This document shows, one piece after another, positions 51,960-62,036 of a stretch of DNA of 64,000 nt. The stretch comes from Wickerhamiella versatilis. Lineage: Eukaryota. Position 1 is the stretch's first letter, and each line of letters begins with the position of its first letter. The position numbers were made by a program, and so were the translations under genes. Under the pieces are notes generated by a model, which was given only the letters and a program-made list of their open reading frames with translations, ran no database searches and was not told the origin of the DNA. Location: contig JAQOWU010000001.1 of NCBI GenBank assembly GCA_030867685.1, positions 806,001 through 870,000 on the forward strand. The letters are read 5' to 3'.

Positions 51960-53498
51960 ATGGACAAACTTGAAGTGACGACATCTCGAGACAGGCATTT
52001 GTTTGCAGGTCATCCATCACGGGAATATGTATTCATATTCAGTTGCGTCATGTCCCAGTTATTCACACAGTTTGGAGGTACTTATACCATGCCGCTATTG
52101 AATATTCTCAGCGAACACTACGATAGTACTGCAGCTCAGCGAACGTGGTATATGTCTTCGTTCTCTTTAACCAGCGGCACGATGATCTTAATGAGTGGAC
52201 GCATCGGTGATATATTTGGCCTGCGTCGTACTGTGATGTGTGGGTTTGGCTGGACCACCCTATGGGCACTTTTAAGTGGAGCTGCATTCTATGTCAAAAA
52301 CCCCTCGTTCTTCATAGTTTCACGGGCAATGCAAGGAATGGGACTTGCCTTTGTGCTTCCTAACGTACTAGGTGCCGCGGGGCGAGTATACGAAGCTGGC
52401 AGTAGGAAGAAGTTCATGATTTTCGGAATTATTGGGCTAGCAGCTCCTGTTGGTGGCTGCTCAGGACCAATTGTCGCAGGGATTATTGGTAATTTTACCA
52501 AGAACTGGAACTGGATATGCTGGGTTTACGCTATAGCCACAGCGCTTTCTGCAGCTTTAACTTGGTACTCAATGCCCAGTTTTGAGCAGCAACCTGATGC
52601 TGTCGATTGGATTGGCTGTGGGCTTGCCATGATAGGTCTTATTCTTCTGTGCTTTGTGTTCAACCAAGCGCCCCTAGTGGGGTGGGAAAATCCATATATT
52701 ATCACTCTTCTGGTAATTTCAGTTGCAGTTCTGGCTATCTTTGTATGGTATGAGCTAAAGTATCCCAGCAATCCCCTTTTACCAAAAGAAATTGTTGGCA
52801 ATGCACGTGTATTACTAGCTGTCCTTGCCACATTCCTCGGATGGGGTTCGTTTGGAATAGCTTACTATAGGTTTTTCATATTTGCACTTCAGCTACGTCA
52901 TTACAACACTTTGCAAACCGGTGCCACTACAGTGCCAGGAATTGTCTCTGGATGTTTAGCAGCACTGACCTGCGGCTATGTGTTGCGGTATGTTGAGGTC
53001 CACGTACTGCTGACCACTTCGATGGTCATGTTCTTTCTTGGGGATATTCTACTGCTTACAATGAGGGTACATGAAACTTACTTTCGTCAGTCATTAGGAT
53101 TCTGGATTGAGATAGTTTGGGGATGCGATCTCAATTGGACAGCTGCTGCGGTCCTACTCAGTGATTTGCTACCACCAAACCTGCAAGGTATGGCTGGATC
53201 ATTGATATCAGCTTTGGTAAATTATAGTCAAGCAATAATTGTGGGACTTGCAGGAACAATTGAAGAGCGGACTCTAGCAAAGCACCCAGGAGACGTTCTC
53301 AAGGCTCACGAAGCTTGTCTATGGTTTTCAGTTGGGCTGAGCGCGGCGGCGATATTTATATCATTGATATTACTTGCCATACACTTTTGGGAGAATAAAT
53401 ACAGAGAAGCAGATTTAAAGGATGAAAAAAAAATGGTTCTGGATGATGAAAGCGAAAAAAAAATTCTAATGAACAAATATCTAAATGCTAAGCTATAG
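51960..53498 (+). CDS. MFS drug:H+ antiporter, DHA2 (ATR1-like)
   Basis: SSFSLTSGTMILMSGRIGDIFG, RAMQGMG, PN..G and QGMAGSL; about 14 hydrophobic segments. Confidence 0.9.
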   Translation: MDKLEVTTSRDRHLFAGHPSREYVFIFSCVMSQLFTQFGGTYTMPLLNILSEHYDSTAAQRTWYMSSFSLTSGTMILMSGRIGDIFGLRRTVMCGFGWTTLWALLSGAAFYVKNPSFFIVSRAMQGMGLAFVLPNVLGAAGRVYEAGSRKKFMIFGIIGLAAPVGGCSGPIVAGIIGNFTKNWNWICWVYAIATALSAALTWYSMPSFEQQPDAVDWIGCGLAMIGLILLCFVFNQAPLVGWENPYIITLLVISVAVLAIFVWYELKYPSNPLLPKEIVGNARVLLAVLATFLGWGSFGIAYYRFFIFALQLRHYNTLQTGATTVPGIVSGCLAALTCGYVLRYVEVHVLLTTSMVMFFLGDILLLTMRVHETYFRQSLGFWIEIVWGCDLNWTAAAVLLSDLLPPNLQGMAGSLISALVNYSQAIIVGLAGTIEERTLAKHPGDVLKAHEACLWFSVGLSAAAIFISLILLAIHFWENKYREADLKDEKKMVLDDESEKKILMNKYLNAKL

Positions 53499-53808
53499 GG
53501 CCATAGCCTGCACACTAGTGACATAATTACTAGTATACTAATGGTTTATTAAACGACTGGGGATCTACAAACAAAACTTATACCCGTGCTGACATAATAT
53601 TTCCCGGAGTTTTATATAAACAAAAAAGCGTGGTTCGTTTCAATCTCACCGTTTCCGGATTCCAATAATTAGCAGCCTGCCGGTTTCCGCAGAGGAAAAA
53701 AGAATCAGAGCTAAGGGTTATGCAGATTTTACTATCCGTAAATAATTCGATGATCGGACGAAAACGGTTGAGATGATCTGAACGCTTGAAATGATCTGCA
53801 CTACATCT

Positions 53809-53818
53809 CCCACGTGGG
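53809..53818. promoter_or_regulatory. Palindromic CCCACGTGGG, Pho4-type E-box
   Basis: Perfect 10-bp palindrome about 45 bp upstream of the phosphatase ATG, followed by TATAAG. Confidence 0.5.
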
Positions 53819-53860
53819 TAGTGCACATATAAGCCTCCTATGTCTCGATCTTAGCCGTTA

Positions 53861-54781
53861 ATGATTCAGCTCCTTTTGTCTTTGGGTGTCACTGCGGCAC
53901 TACCTGTCGGTGGTGGTGATCTCGTCAGCCGCAGTTTTCCAAATGTCTGCCAAGACGTTAATGATTCCCCAAAGCCAACGTATGTCGCTGTTCAGCCTTC
54001 GCCGATTACTGGACCGATCCAACCCGGATCCCTTCAAGGTGTGAGCAATTTCCGTGATTATACCAGCGGGGTAAAGAATGGTGCTCCATTCAATGATATC
54101 TCTACCTCTAGCGGCAAGCAGCTGAAGCATGGTATAATATATCGGTCGAATCAGCTAAGCAATGCTACAGATGCTGATATCTCAACTTTGGGTGGCGCAA
54201 ATATTACCAGGGATTTCGATTTTAGATTGTTTATTGAGCGAGCAACAGGCCCCGATAGGGTATTTGAATCTACTGAATATGTGGTTGATGATGTCCTGGG
54301 TCCATGCAATGGTTTAGGTGTTGACGGTTCTATTCTCAGTCAACTTGGTAGTGATGTTGTTGAGACGCTCGAATCTTTTGCTAATGGAACTTTCAGCTTG
54401 AGAGATAACATTGTCTACAGCACAATGTATAAGGCAATGGCTGTATACGAAGGTGCTAATGTCGCTTACCACAGACTTTTCCATGATATTGCTTATGAAA
54501 GTACGCCGATAGTATACCACTGCACTGCCGGCAAAGATCGAACTGGAGTAGCGACTGCATATCTCCACAGAATCCTGGGGGTCGATCTGGACACTATAAA
54601 TGATGCTTACTTGGCTAGTAACTATTACCTTGGAGAATCTGATGCCGTCAAACAAGAATATTTGCAGGCCACTTGGGATGTAATTGATCAGGTGTGGGGA
54701 AATTTTGATAACTTTGTTAAGAAGGGATTGAAGCTCGACGAGAACGATATCAAGGCTCTTCAGGACAAATTGCTAGAGTAA
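53861..54781 (+). CDS. Secreted IphP/Y_phosphatase3-type cysteine phosphatase
   Basis: Leader MIQLLLSLGVTAA, NFRD, IYRS..L, DFR...ER and the P-loop YHCTAGKDRTG. Confidence 0.9.
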   Translation: MIQLLLSLGVTAALPVGGGDLVSRSFPNVCQDVNDSPKPTYVAVQPSPITGPIQPGSLQGVSNFRDYTSGVKNGAPFNDISTSSGKQLKHGIIYRSNQLSNATDADISTLGGANITRDFDFRLFIERATGPDRVFESTEYVVDDVLGPCNGLGVDGSILSQLGSDVVETLESFANGTFSLRDNIVYSTMYKAMAVYEGANVAYHRLFHDIAYESTPIVYHCTAGKDRTGVATAYLHRILGVDLDTINDAYLASNYYLGESDAVKQEYLQATWDVIDQVWGNFDNFVKKGLKLDENDIKALQDKLLE

Positions 54782-54913
54782 TTTTTCTAATGTCGAAGTA
54801 TATAAAGTATTATTATGCCCGAAGAAAAGCTTAGTTAAAGTAAAGGTCATATCGAATCGCACGTAAACATTGATATATGTAATATATGTGTAAAGAACAG
54901 TAATCCTCCTGGT

Positions 54914-55816
54914 ATGACTGATAGCAAACGGTCACAAGGGATGAAAGAGATCTTTGTATCTTTTGGAGTCGATATAGATGCTGTGTCTGGCTGGCTCGGC
55001 TCATATGCCGGTGAAGACTCTCCAGATGATATATCGCGTGGCTTGTTTGCAGGTGAGGTAGGAGTACCCCGTCTACAGAAGCTATTTGAGCGATACGACA
55101 TAAAAGCTACTTGGTTTGTACCAGGTCACTCTGCAGAGACATTCCCATCGGAAGTGAAAGCATTGGCAGAGTCAGGCCATGAACTAGGACTTCACGGTTA
55201 TAGTCATGAGAATCCTATATCCATGTCCCGCGAACAGGAGGAGGTGATCCTTGATAAGGGTATTGAGCTTTTATACGCTATTTCTGGTAAGAGGCCTACA
55301 GGGTATGCTGCACCATGGTGGGAATTGAGCCCAAATACTAATGAACTCTTACTGAAAAAAGGTGTGAAATATGACCACAGCCTGATGCATAATGACTTCA
55401 CTCCCTATTACAATCGTGTAGGGGACAGCTGGACAAAAATTGATTATTCGAAGCATCCAAGCGCTTGGATGAAGCCACTCGTCCGCGGCGTTGAAACAAA
55501 TTTAGTAGAGATACCAGCAAATTGGTACTTGGATGACCTGCCACCCATGATGTTCATTAAGAAGTCACCAAATAGCTTTGGATTCACCAATCCCAGAGAT
55601 ATCGAGCAACTCTGGCGTGACCAGTTCGACTGGGTTTATCGCGAAATGGATTATGCTGTTTTCCCGATCACAATTCATCCAGATGTGTCAGGTAGGCCTC
55701 AAGTGCTGCTCATGTTGGAAAGGCTAATAGAATATTTCAAAGGCCACGAGAGCGTAAAATTTGTTACTATGAACCACATTGCCGATGACTTTATAAAGCG
55801 CCAACCACGGTCGTAG
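54914..55816 (+). CDS. CE4 polysaccharide deacetylase, Helicobacter PgdA (HP0310)-like subgroup
   Basis: [67 protein letters not shown] and [12 protein letters not shown]. Alternative ATG at 54941. Confidence 0.9.
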   Translation: MTDSKRSQGMKEIFVSFGVDIDAVSGWLGSYAGEDSPDDISRGLFAGEVGVPRLQKLFERYDIKATWFVPGHSAETFPSEVKALAESGHELGLHGYSHENPISMSREQEEVILDKGIELLYAISGKRPTGYAAPWWELSPNTNELLLKKGVKYDHSLMHNDFTPYYNRVGDSWTKIDYSKHPSAWMKPLVRGVETNLVEIPANWYLDDLPPMMFIKKSPNSFGFTNPRDIEQLWRDQFDWVYREMDYAVFPITIHPDVSGRPQVLLMLERLIEYFKGHESVKFVTMNHIADDFIKRQPRS

Positions 55817-56274
55817 AGGATTCACGAGTACCACAATTTCAACAGTACCGTGTACTTTCACTACCAATAACAAGGTTCCCCTCTTGTTATGCTATGTCTA
55901 CAATGATGTGAATATCCTGGCAACTAATGTGCCAGATGCAGAAATTGAGTAAATTCCAGTATATTCAGGTGAAGGTAGATAAACCTTGATAAATTGGCTA
56001 TCATATCCAATTCCCGAACTAAACCACATTAGATTACTGGTAAAAAAGAAATAACTAGCTGATATTTTTCCAGTAACATAACTGAATCAACCCAAGTCAT
56101 ATTTTTTTGAGTCTCGAAATGCCAATTGAATTTCTATAGCCGACTACTCCAAATGTGCTGCAGATTTGCGAGAATATCAATGTCCTATAGCTACATTATA
56201 AAGCATAATGAACTCCCCCCTAGTGGCATGTGATTAGAAAATTAAATGTGTGAGACGTTAATGCAAGTGAGTTT

Positions 56275-57816
56275 TTAAGGTATGATTGTATTAAGCCCTT
56301 CCGTCAATATGTACCAAGCTTTAGAAATTTGCTCCGCGGACGACGGTAAAATGAATTTGCTGAAACATGGAATAGACGTTTCTATCAATATTAGGTCAGA
56401 TCGGGCTCCTTCACGCATTGGATACTTGCCAAGAATGGTGAAAAGGACCTCATATGCCAAGTCCACGAATAGCGAGTCCAGTGCCTCGTATTTTCTCGAA
56501 GAACGCGTATGAACTTGGGTTAATTCAATCGTTCGCCGGGCTGAGACAGCACACATTTCAGCAGCATATTCATTGTTACCTGAGAAGGCCAGATGGAACC
56601 ACAGCAGACCCTTTAATGCACAGAATATAAGATGCATATGGGCAATTCGGAAATCTGTGAGTTCCTCAGGGGCTAATTTTTGTAATTCTAAGGGTAGTCC
56701 TTCGAACCAGCTGTCTAGTTCAGAGTTCAAGGTTGTGACGAGGGCTGCATTTTCCGTGCTTGGACCTGAAAAGTATTTATAAACCTTTTCATAAAACCTT
56801 CCAAGCTCAGCACTGTATCCTAATACTGAGAAACCACTGGAAAATGACCACTCCGGCGATGGAGCAGTAATAAAGTCCATTGCTAAATGTGGCGGACTCC
56901 CCGTAACCAAGAAAATAGATGTGTTGAACTGACAGAGTGTCCACCAAACCGTAGAAAGCCGTTTGGCCAAAACGGGGTCGAAATTCTGGTACGTTGCGCT
57001 TCGGTGAAGCCCCATCCCTATTCCGTAGGACTGTGCAATTGTTGATAAATACTTCATGAGCGATGTCACACCAAACAGACTCGCGGTGATGACCATTAGC
57101 ACAAGTGCTCGGAACTCGTCAGCGCTACCTTCTGATATCGCACAGAGCGTTGCAATACGAAACGCCTGCCCAAATGCGACTCCAAATATGTGGGAATACG
57201 GCATTGTTCCGTCATTGATTGCCATTAGGACAATTCCTGCGGCAAAAAGATTATGCGCAAAGGGGGACATGTTCAACAGGTCTCCCTTGCTAAGTATGAC
57301 ACAGTACAAATCGCTTTTCAAGTTGAACTTTTCGAACCAATGCTCAAAGCAGGCCTTGACAGTGACGGCATCTAGAGCATAGTCACTTTGAGAGTATGCT
57401 ATCACTTCCTTCAAGTATTGTTCCTCCGCCTTTTTATAACGCACTGAAGCACCGACAAAGTTTTCAAATAAAAATAATTGGCCTGTACGGACAAATACAT
57501 CATTAATATAGGGGAGCATAAGTTTGTTACTCAAGCAGGGGTCCCATTGAGACTCTATCGCAGACGCTGGGCGTTGAGGTGGCGAAAAACCAAACTTATA
57601 ACGTTCATCTTTACTAGTACTGGTGGGAGGGATCATAACATCTAGTGAGGTATATACTGGTCCATTGGGTGGCTTTTCCTTCGACCCCACCCTGGAGGAG
57701 TATATACACTTCAGGTTTGATATCTGGCATGACTTACACGGTTCATTCCAATCACAACGAATCTTACGGCGTCGGCATTGATCACAGGAGTACGTTACTC
57801 GTTTCTTTCTGACCAT
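56275..57816 (-). CDS. Zn2Cys6 transcription factor
   Basis: SCDQCRRRKIRC.....CKSC......C and MGLHR...VWW (Fungal_trans region). Confidence 0.88.
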   Translation of the reverse strand: MVRKKRVTYSCDQCRRRKIRCDWNEPCKSCQISNLKCIYSSRVGSKEKPPNGPVYTSLDVMIPPTSTSKDERYKFGFSPPQRPASAIESQWDPCLSNKLMLPYINDVFVRTGQLFLFENFVGASVRYKKAEEQYLKEVIAYSQSDYALDAVTVKACFEHWFEKFNLKSDLYCVILSKGDLLNMSPFAHNLFAAGIVLMAINDGTMPYSHIFGVAFGQAFRIATLCAISEGSADEFRALVLMVITASLFGVTSLMKYLSTIAQSYGIGMGLHRSATYQNFDPVLAKRLSTVWWTLCQFNTSIFLVTGSPPHLAMDFITAPSPEWSFSSGFSVLGYSAELGRFYEKVYKYFSGPSTENAALVTTLNSELDSWFEGLPLELQKLAPEELTDFRIAHMHLIFCALKGLLWFHLAFSGNNEYAAEMCAVSARRTIELTQVHTRSSRKYEALDSLFVDLAYEVLFTILGKYPMREGARSDLILIETSIPCFSKFILPSSAEQISKAWYILTEGLNTIIP

Positions 57817-58688
57817 TCAAGTCCAGGCTACGAACCTTTACTCAGCCTGTTGACATATGTAACGCTTGGTGAACATTAAAATATACCTAGAAGAATTTTC
57901 TAGTGTCAATTATTTTGGGTTCTTTATAAACTGATAGATCCAGTGTTAGTTTCCTTATCTTTCCACGATATGAACTTTCTATAGCATGTTGTCCGGGGTT
58001 GTCGGTATGTATTACTAATCACCACTCGGCTCGGCGCGGAACCGAAATAATCTCTCAAAATTTGTGTGGTTGCATCCACTGCAGATATTAATAGATATCA
58101 CGTTGAGCTTCTTTAAGTAAATCTGTAACATAGTCGACTATCGACATTGAAGATTTACAGCAATATAAGCTTGCTCCCTGTACTTGCAGGGGATGTCACA
58201 TACCATTAACCTGGCACCTAAAAACAATTTTTTCTAGATGGGTGAACCAAACACAAATTGGGTTCAGACGTATAGAACCACCCTCACATTACGATAGGGG
58301 AGTAGCCTATTTCATACGTAGTCAGCTGATAAACATTGGAAAGGTTGCGTTGATTTCTCCGATCCGTTTCTGTGCATACTGCGACGGGGTAATTATGCAC
58401 TCCCCAAATGTCTCAGATCGTGAGTGGGTGAAAAATGCAAGACCGCCGCATAATCCGCAATAGCTCGTCTTTACCCGTTACGTGGCAAGTAGTCTAGCGT
58501 GTACTTTATTGACACCTAAACTTAATAGTACTTTGAAACGTGAGGTAAGAACGTTAGACAGTTAACGACAAATATCTCTCTAATTAAAGTAAGTTTTATC
58601 CCTCTATAGTCTATATATTATTCGAATCCACTAGCCCGTTGCTCAGCATGGCCATTCGGGTCGGTTGAGAATAGTATTGCTATTTCAC

Positions 58689-59516
58689 CTAGAGCCTGGG
58701 CTGTGGCTGAAGGAATCGGTCCAAATATCCAGCAATTATTTCTATGACTTCAGGAGCGTATGTGTGCTTTTTCTCACCTGATTTCTTAGGGGGGCCAAAG
58801 AAGTTGTGATCCGCGCCTGCTAATATTTCCAGGGTGTGGCGACCTTGAAACATCGCTGCCCACTTCAAGCTCTCATCTGTTGAAATCATATGATCGTCAG
58901 AACCGAATATGGTCAGTATCTGTGTCCTCCCATTCAGACGTTTCCATTCATCTGAAGAGTGTGCTGAATTGCTGATAATTTCCGCCAACGGAATCCACTG
59001 CTCCACATATTTACCGTACCGTTTTTCTGTGATATGGTGGCCCCCATCATGAAGTATACGGAAACCGTGCTGATCGATAGGTAGCTTGGCATAGTTCTCG
59101 ACCTCACATCTTCCCGAGCAATTCACGAGGCATGGCAACTTGTAGCCCGCCTTGATGGTCCAGTAAATTGATGCAGCAAAGCCCCTGCTATGCCCAATCA
59201 TCGTGAAAAGCTTAAGGTTTTTCGATTGGAAATAGTTCACAACCTCTGAAATATCCTCAAAATCGGTGTGGTATACAGTCCGGCCAGAGTTTTGCGGGTC
59301 GGGAACAGGATCACTATCGCCACAGTTCCGAAAATCAAACCTGAATGTGTAGAGCCCTGTGATATCCGGAAGCTGCCGGCCGAGCAGCCGTTGATAGCAA
59401 TAATCCCTGTGTCCTGCCATACCATGAAGGATAAGCACCAGCTTATCGGTTGTGGGATTATCTGGCATGGTCAAATCTCCCACGACCCTTCCAGTGCGGA
59501 CTGTGATCTCTTTCAT
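58689..59516 (-). CDS. Alpha/beta hydrolase (uncharacterised esterase type)
   Basis: LHGMAGH, FDFRNCGDS, GHSRG nucleophile elbow, GSDD and GADHNF. First ATG is at 59516. Confidence 0.85.
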   Translation of the reverse strand: MKEITVRTGRVVGDLTMPDNPTTDKLVLILHGMAGHRDYCYQRLLGRQLPDITGLYTFRFDFRNCGDSDPVPDPQNSGRTVYHTDFEDISEVVNYFQSKNLKLFTMIGHSRGFAASIYWTIKAGYKLPCLVNCSGRCEVENYAKLPIDQHGFRILHDGGHHITEKRYGKYVEQWIPLAEIISNSAHSSDEWKRLNGRTQILTIFGSDDHMISTDESLKWAAMFQGRHTLEILAGADHNFFGPPKKSGEKKHTYAPEVIEIIAGYLDRFLQPQPRL

Positions 59517-60382
59517 GCTTATTTTTTTGGCTACCCCGCACGATGAAACCAATTCTTAATCCCAACAAAATACAGGATTACAAATTTAAGGAGGAGATGC
59601 ATAGGAAAATCATCAAAGGCCGGAAAAATAGTGATATGTATCTCCGGGCCCACATAAACTGCAAGACGGACCCAAGTTAATGCCTGCTACAAAATCGTTC
59701 TATTAAGCCAAACAGTATCAGCTAACCAAGCATTCGCTTTATGTGTCTGTCTAGGTGTTCCTGAGTCTCGTGGGCTTACATAACGGTGAAACCGGATTAA
59801 ATCAAATTTTCTACAGAGAAGCTTTGAAATTGGTGAATCAATGTTCTGAAAAGTGTTGAGTCTAGCCAGGCTCAGGTAACTTCAGCTTACTACTTATTTA
59901 CCTGACCAACTGACATGCAAAGAAATGTAAAGTTCCTAGTGGAGCAAACCTGTGAATTATTAGATGTATTGCAATATTGAGAAGGATAAAATCGAAGACG
60001 CTGCCATAAGAGCTATACACTGGCGGAATATGACAAGGCCATCATACTCTATGAGTCTCAATATCATCCTGGTCACTACACATGCCAACGAAATTCTTGA
60101 ATGTATGGTAGATAGATAGATTATAGCTATCTCACAACCGGTCGTCTGCGATTCCTCGCTGTGTGGACCACAGCGAAAATAGTGGGCTAGGGTGTATACA
60201 GGCTGCATATTCCCACGTCCCCAAGCCCTTGGTTGCCTCAGGCCGAGTCGGAAAATGTTTCATGGAATGCCCAGGGTACTACAGCTTCTGGCTCTTCGAT
60301 CTGGCTGATGCCAGAGAAGTTCAGTGGGACCCCCACATATACATCTGCGATTCACGGATTATGTATTGAAACACGTCACCAA

Positions 60383-61990
60383 TTAATCCTGTCTCGCTTT
60401 AGTGGTTTGCTTATCATTATGCCGCACGCTAACGGCCTCCATAACCTCCACATATTCATCCTCCCCCAATGTTGAAACTGGGCCTCGATAAATCTTTCGA
60501 GCATACAGATAATAATAAATACCGGCCAAAATCCACACGCCAAATGTTACCACGCTTGACCAGTTCATGGCAGCTGGACTCGTCACAGGAATGTCGGCTG
60601 GGAAGATGGAAATCGTAAATACATAAAAGATCAAATATGTAGCGGCCAGGGTTCCACATATTCGCGATCCCCACCTACCCATATAGAAAGGGCCGGGATT
60701 GAACCCAGTCTTCTCATCACCATAAATGACTCGAAGCAGGATGGGAACCGACCAAACAAAATATAGTGATGTGGCCACCATGGAGAACAAGGCGTTGGCT
60801 GCGGTGGCCCCTGCAAGTATGAGCAGACTTATCAATGCTGCCATTACGCATACGAAAACAAGACCAAGATATGGGATGCCGGACTTGGTTACCATTTTCC
60901 AGAACCTGCTGAAAGGCAGGGCATTATCTCGAGCCAGTGCATAAGCAAGACGACTGGTGGACAAAGTGGACGAACATCCCATGATATACTGGATGGCACA
61001 GAAAAAACTGACCAAGGCAGTGCTCCAGCGCTGTCCCAAGCATCGAGAAATCACGTTGGCGATGGGGAGGATGGCATTTTGCAGGCCGGAAACTCCCTCC
61101 GGTGTGTTATCGACAACAGCAGCCAGAATGCACATCACCACCCAGCCAACAAAAAGCATTAATGTACTGGACAACATCATGGAAAATGGTACAGCCTTTC
61201 GCGCATCCTTGGCCTCCTCGGCAAGGTGAGGTGCCGCAGCCAGGCAGCAGGTAGTCCATACACACCCCATTGTGGACATAAGGAACGACATTCCATATGG
61301 CCAATTTGTATAGTTGTCAGTATTGCCAAATACGTAGGAAGCACTATTAAGATGTATGCCTTTACGCTTCAGACCCACAGGAAGGCCTACAATGAGAAGT
61401 CCCACGGCAACTATATTCAAAAAGATGCTTAAGAATTGAATTTTTGACATGATTCGGCTTGGCATGTATCCGAGTATAACAGTCAAAAGTAGTGCTGCGG
61501 CCTGAACACCATAGGTTTCCCCATTAGTGGCAGTGAAATTTCTATTCATTTCAACAGCAGCCAGGAGTTGGTTGGTAAATCCCAGAAGTGTTGATGCACC
61601 TCCGGCAATAAGGCCACAGAGTTCACCGTAGCCTACAAAAAAGCTAAGAACCTTTTTATATTTTGGGGGAGCAAGTTTGAAGGTCCAGTAGTACCACCCT
61701 CCTGCCGTGGGCATCGAGCTTGCCAGCTCACTTGAGCTTGCAGCCACACAGCAAAAAAATGCAGCTGGTAGTACCCAACTCCAGGAAAAGCCCACCCCAC
61801 CAGCAGCCACAGCATCCGTCAAAACGCTGGCTATACTCGGGGCAAGAGACATAACTGAGAAACTGAGCCCGAAGATCTCAAGCATTGAATACTCCCTCGC
61901 AAGATCTTGCTTGTATCCCATTTCGACCATCGCTGCCTCATCACGACTTATTTCTATTCCATCCTCACTATCTGGGGAGTATTTCTCCAT
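60383..61990 (-). CDS. APC GABA/polyamine-type permease (UGA4/TPO5 family)
   Basis: MGYKQDLAR, ELASSMPTAGGWYYW, HLAEE, SRLAYALARD.ALPFS and PGPFYMG. Confidence 0.9.
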   Translation of the reverse strand: MEKYSPDSEDGIEISRDEAAMVEMGYKQDLAREYSMLEIFGLSFSVMSLAPSIASVLTDAVAAGGVGFSWSWVLPAAFFCCVAASSSELASSMPTAGGWYYWTFKLAPPKYKKVLSFFVGYGELCGLIAGGASTLLGFTNQLLAAVEMNRNFTATNGETYGVQAAALLLTVILGYMPSRIMSKIQFLSIFLNIVAVGLLIVGLPVGLKRKGIHLNSASYVFGNTDNYTNWPYGMSFLMSTMGCVWTTCCLAAAPHLAEEAKDARKAVPFSMMLSSTLMLFVGWVVMCILAAVVDNTPEGVSGLQNAILPIANVISRCLGQRWSTALVSFFCAIQYIMGCSSTLSTSRLAYALARDNALPFSRFWKMVTKSGIPYLGLVFVCVMAALISLLILAGATAANALFSMVATSLYFVWSVPILLRVIYGDEKTGFNPGPFYMGRWGSRICGTLAATYLIFYVFTISIFPADIPVTSPAAMNWSSVVTFGVWILAGIYYYLYARKIYRGPVSTLGEDEYVEVMEAVSVRHNDKQTTKARQD

Positions 61991-62036
61991 ATCGATGATA
62001 AGAGATGATTACGTCACAATCTATCTTAAATTCATT

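Noticed and set aside
61707-62036. N-terminal 110 aa of the 421-aa ORF overlapping the permease
   Set aside because: Begins at GTG and is the antisense shadow of the permease coding strand. Family motifs start only after Met 62037.
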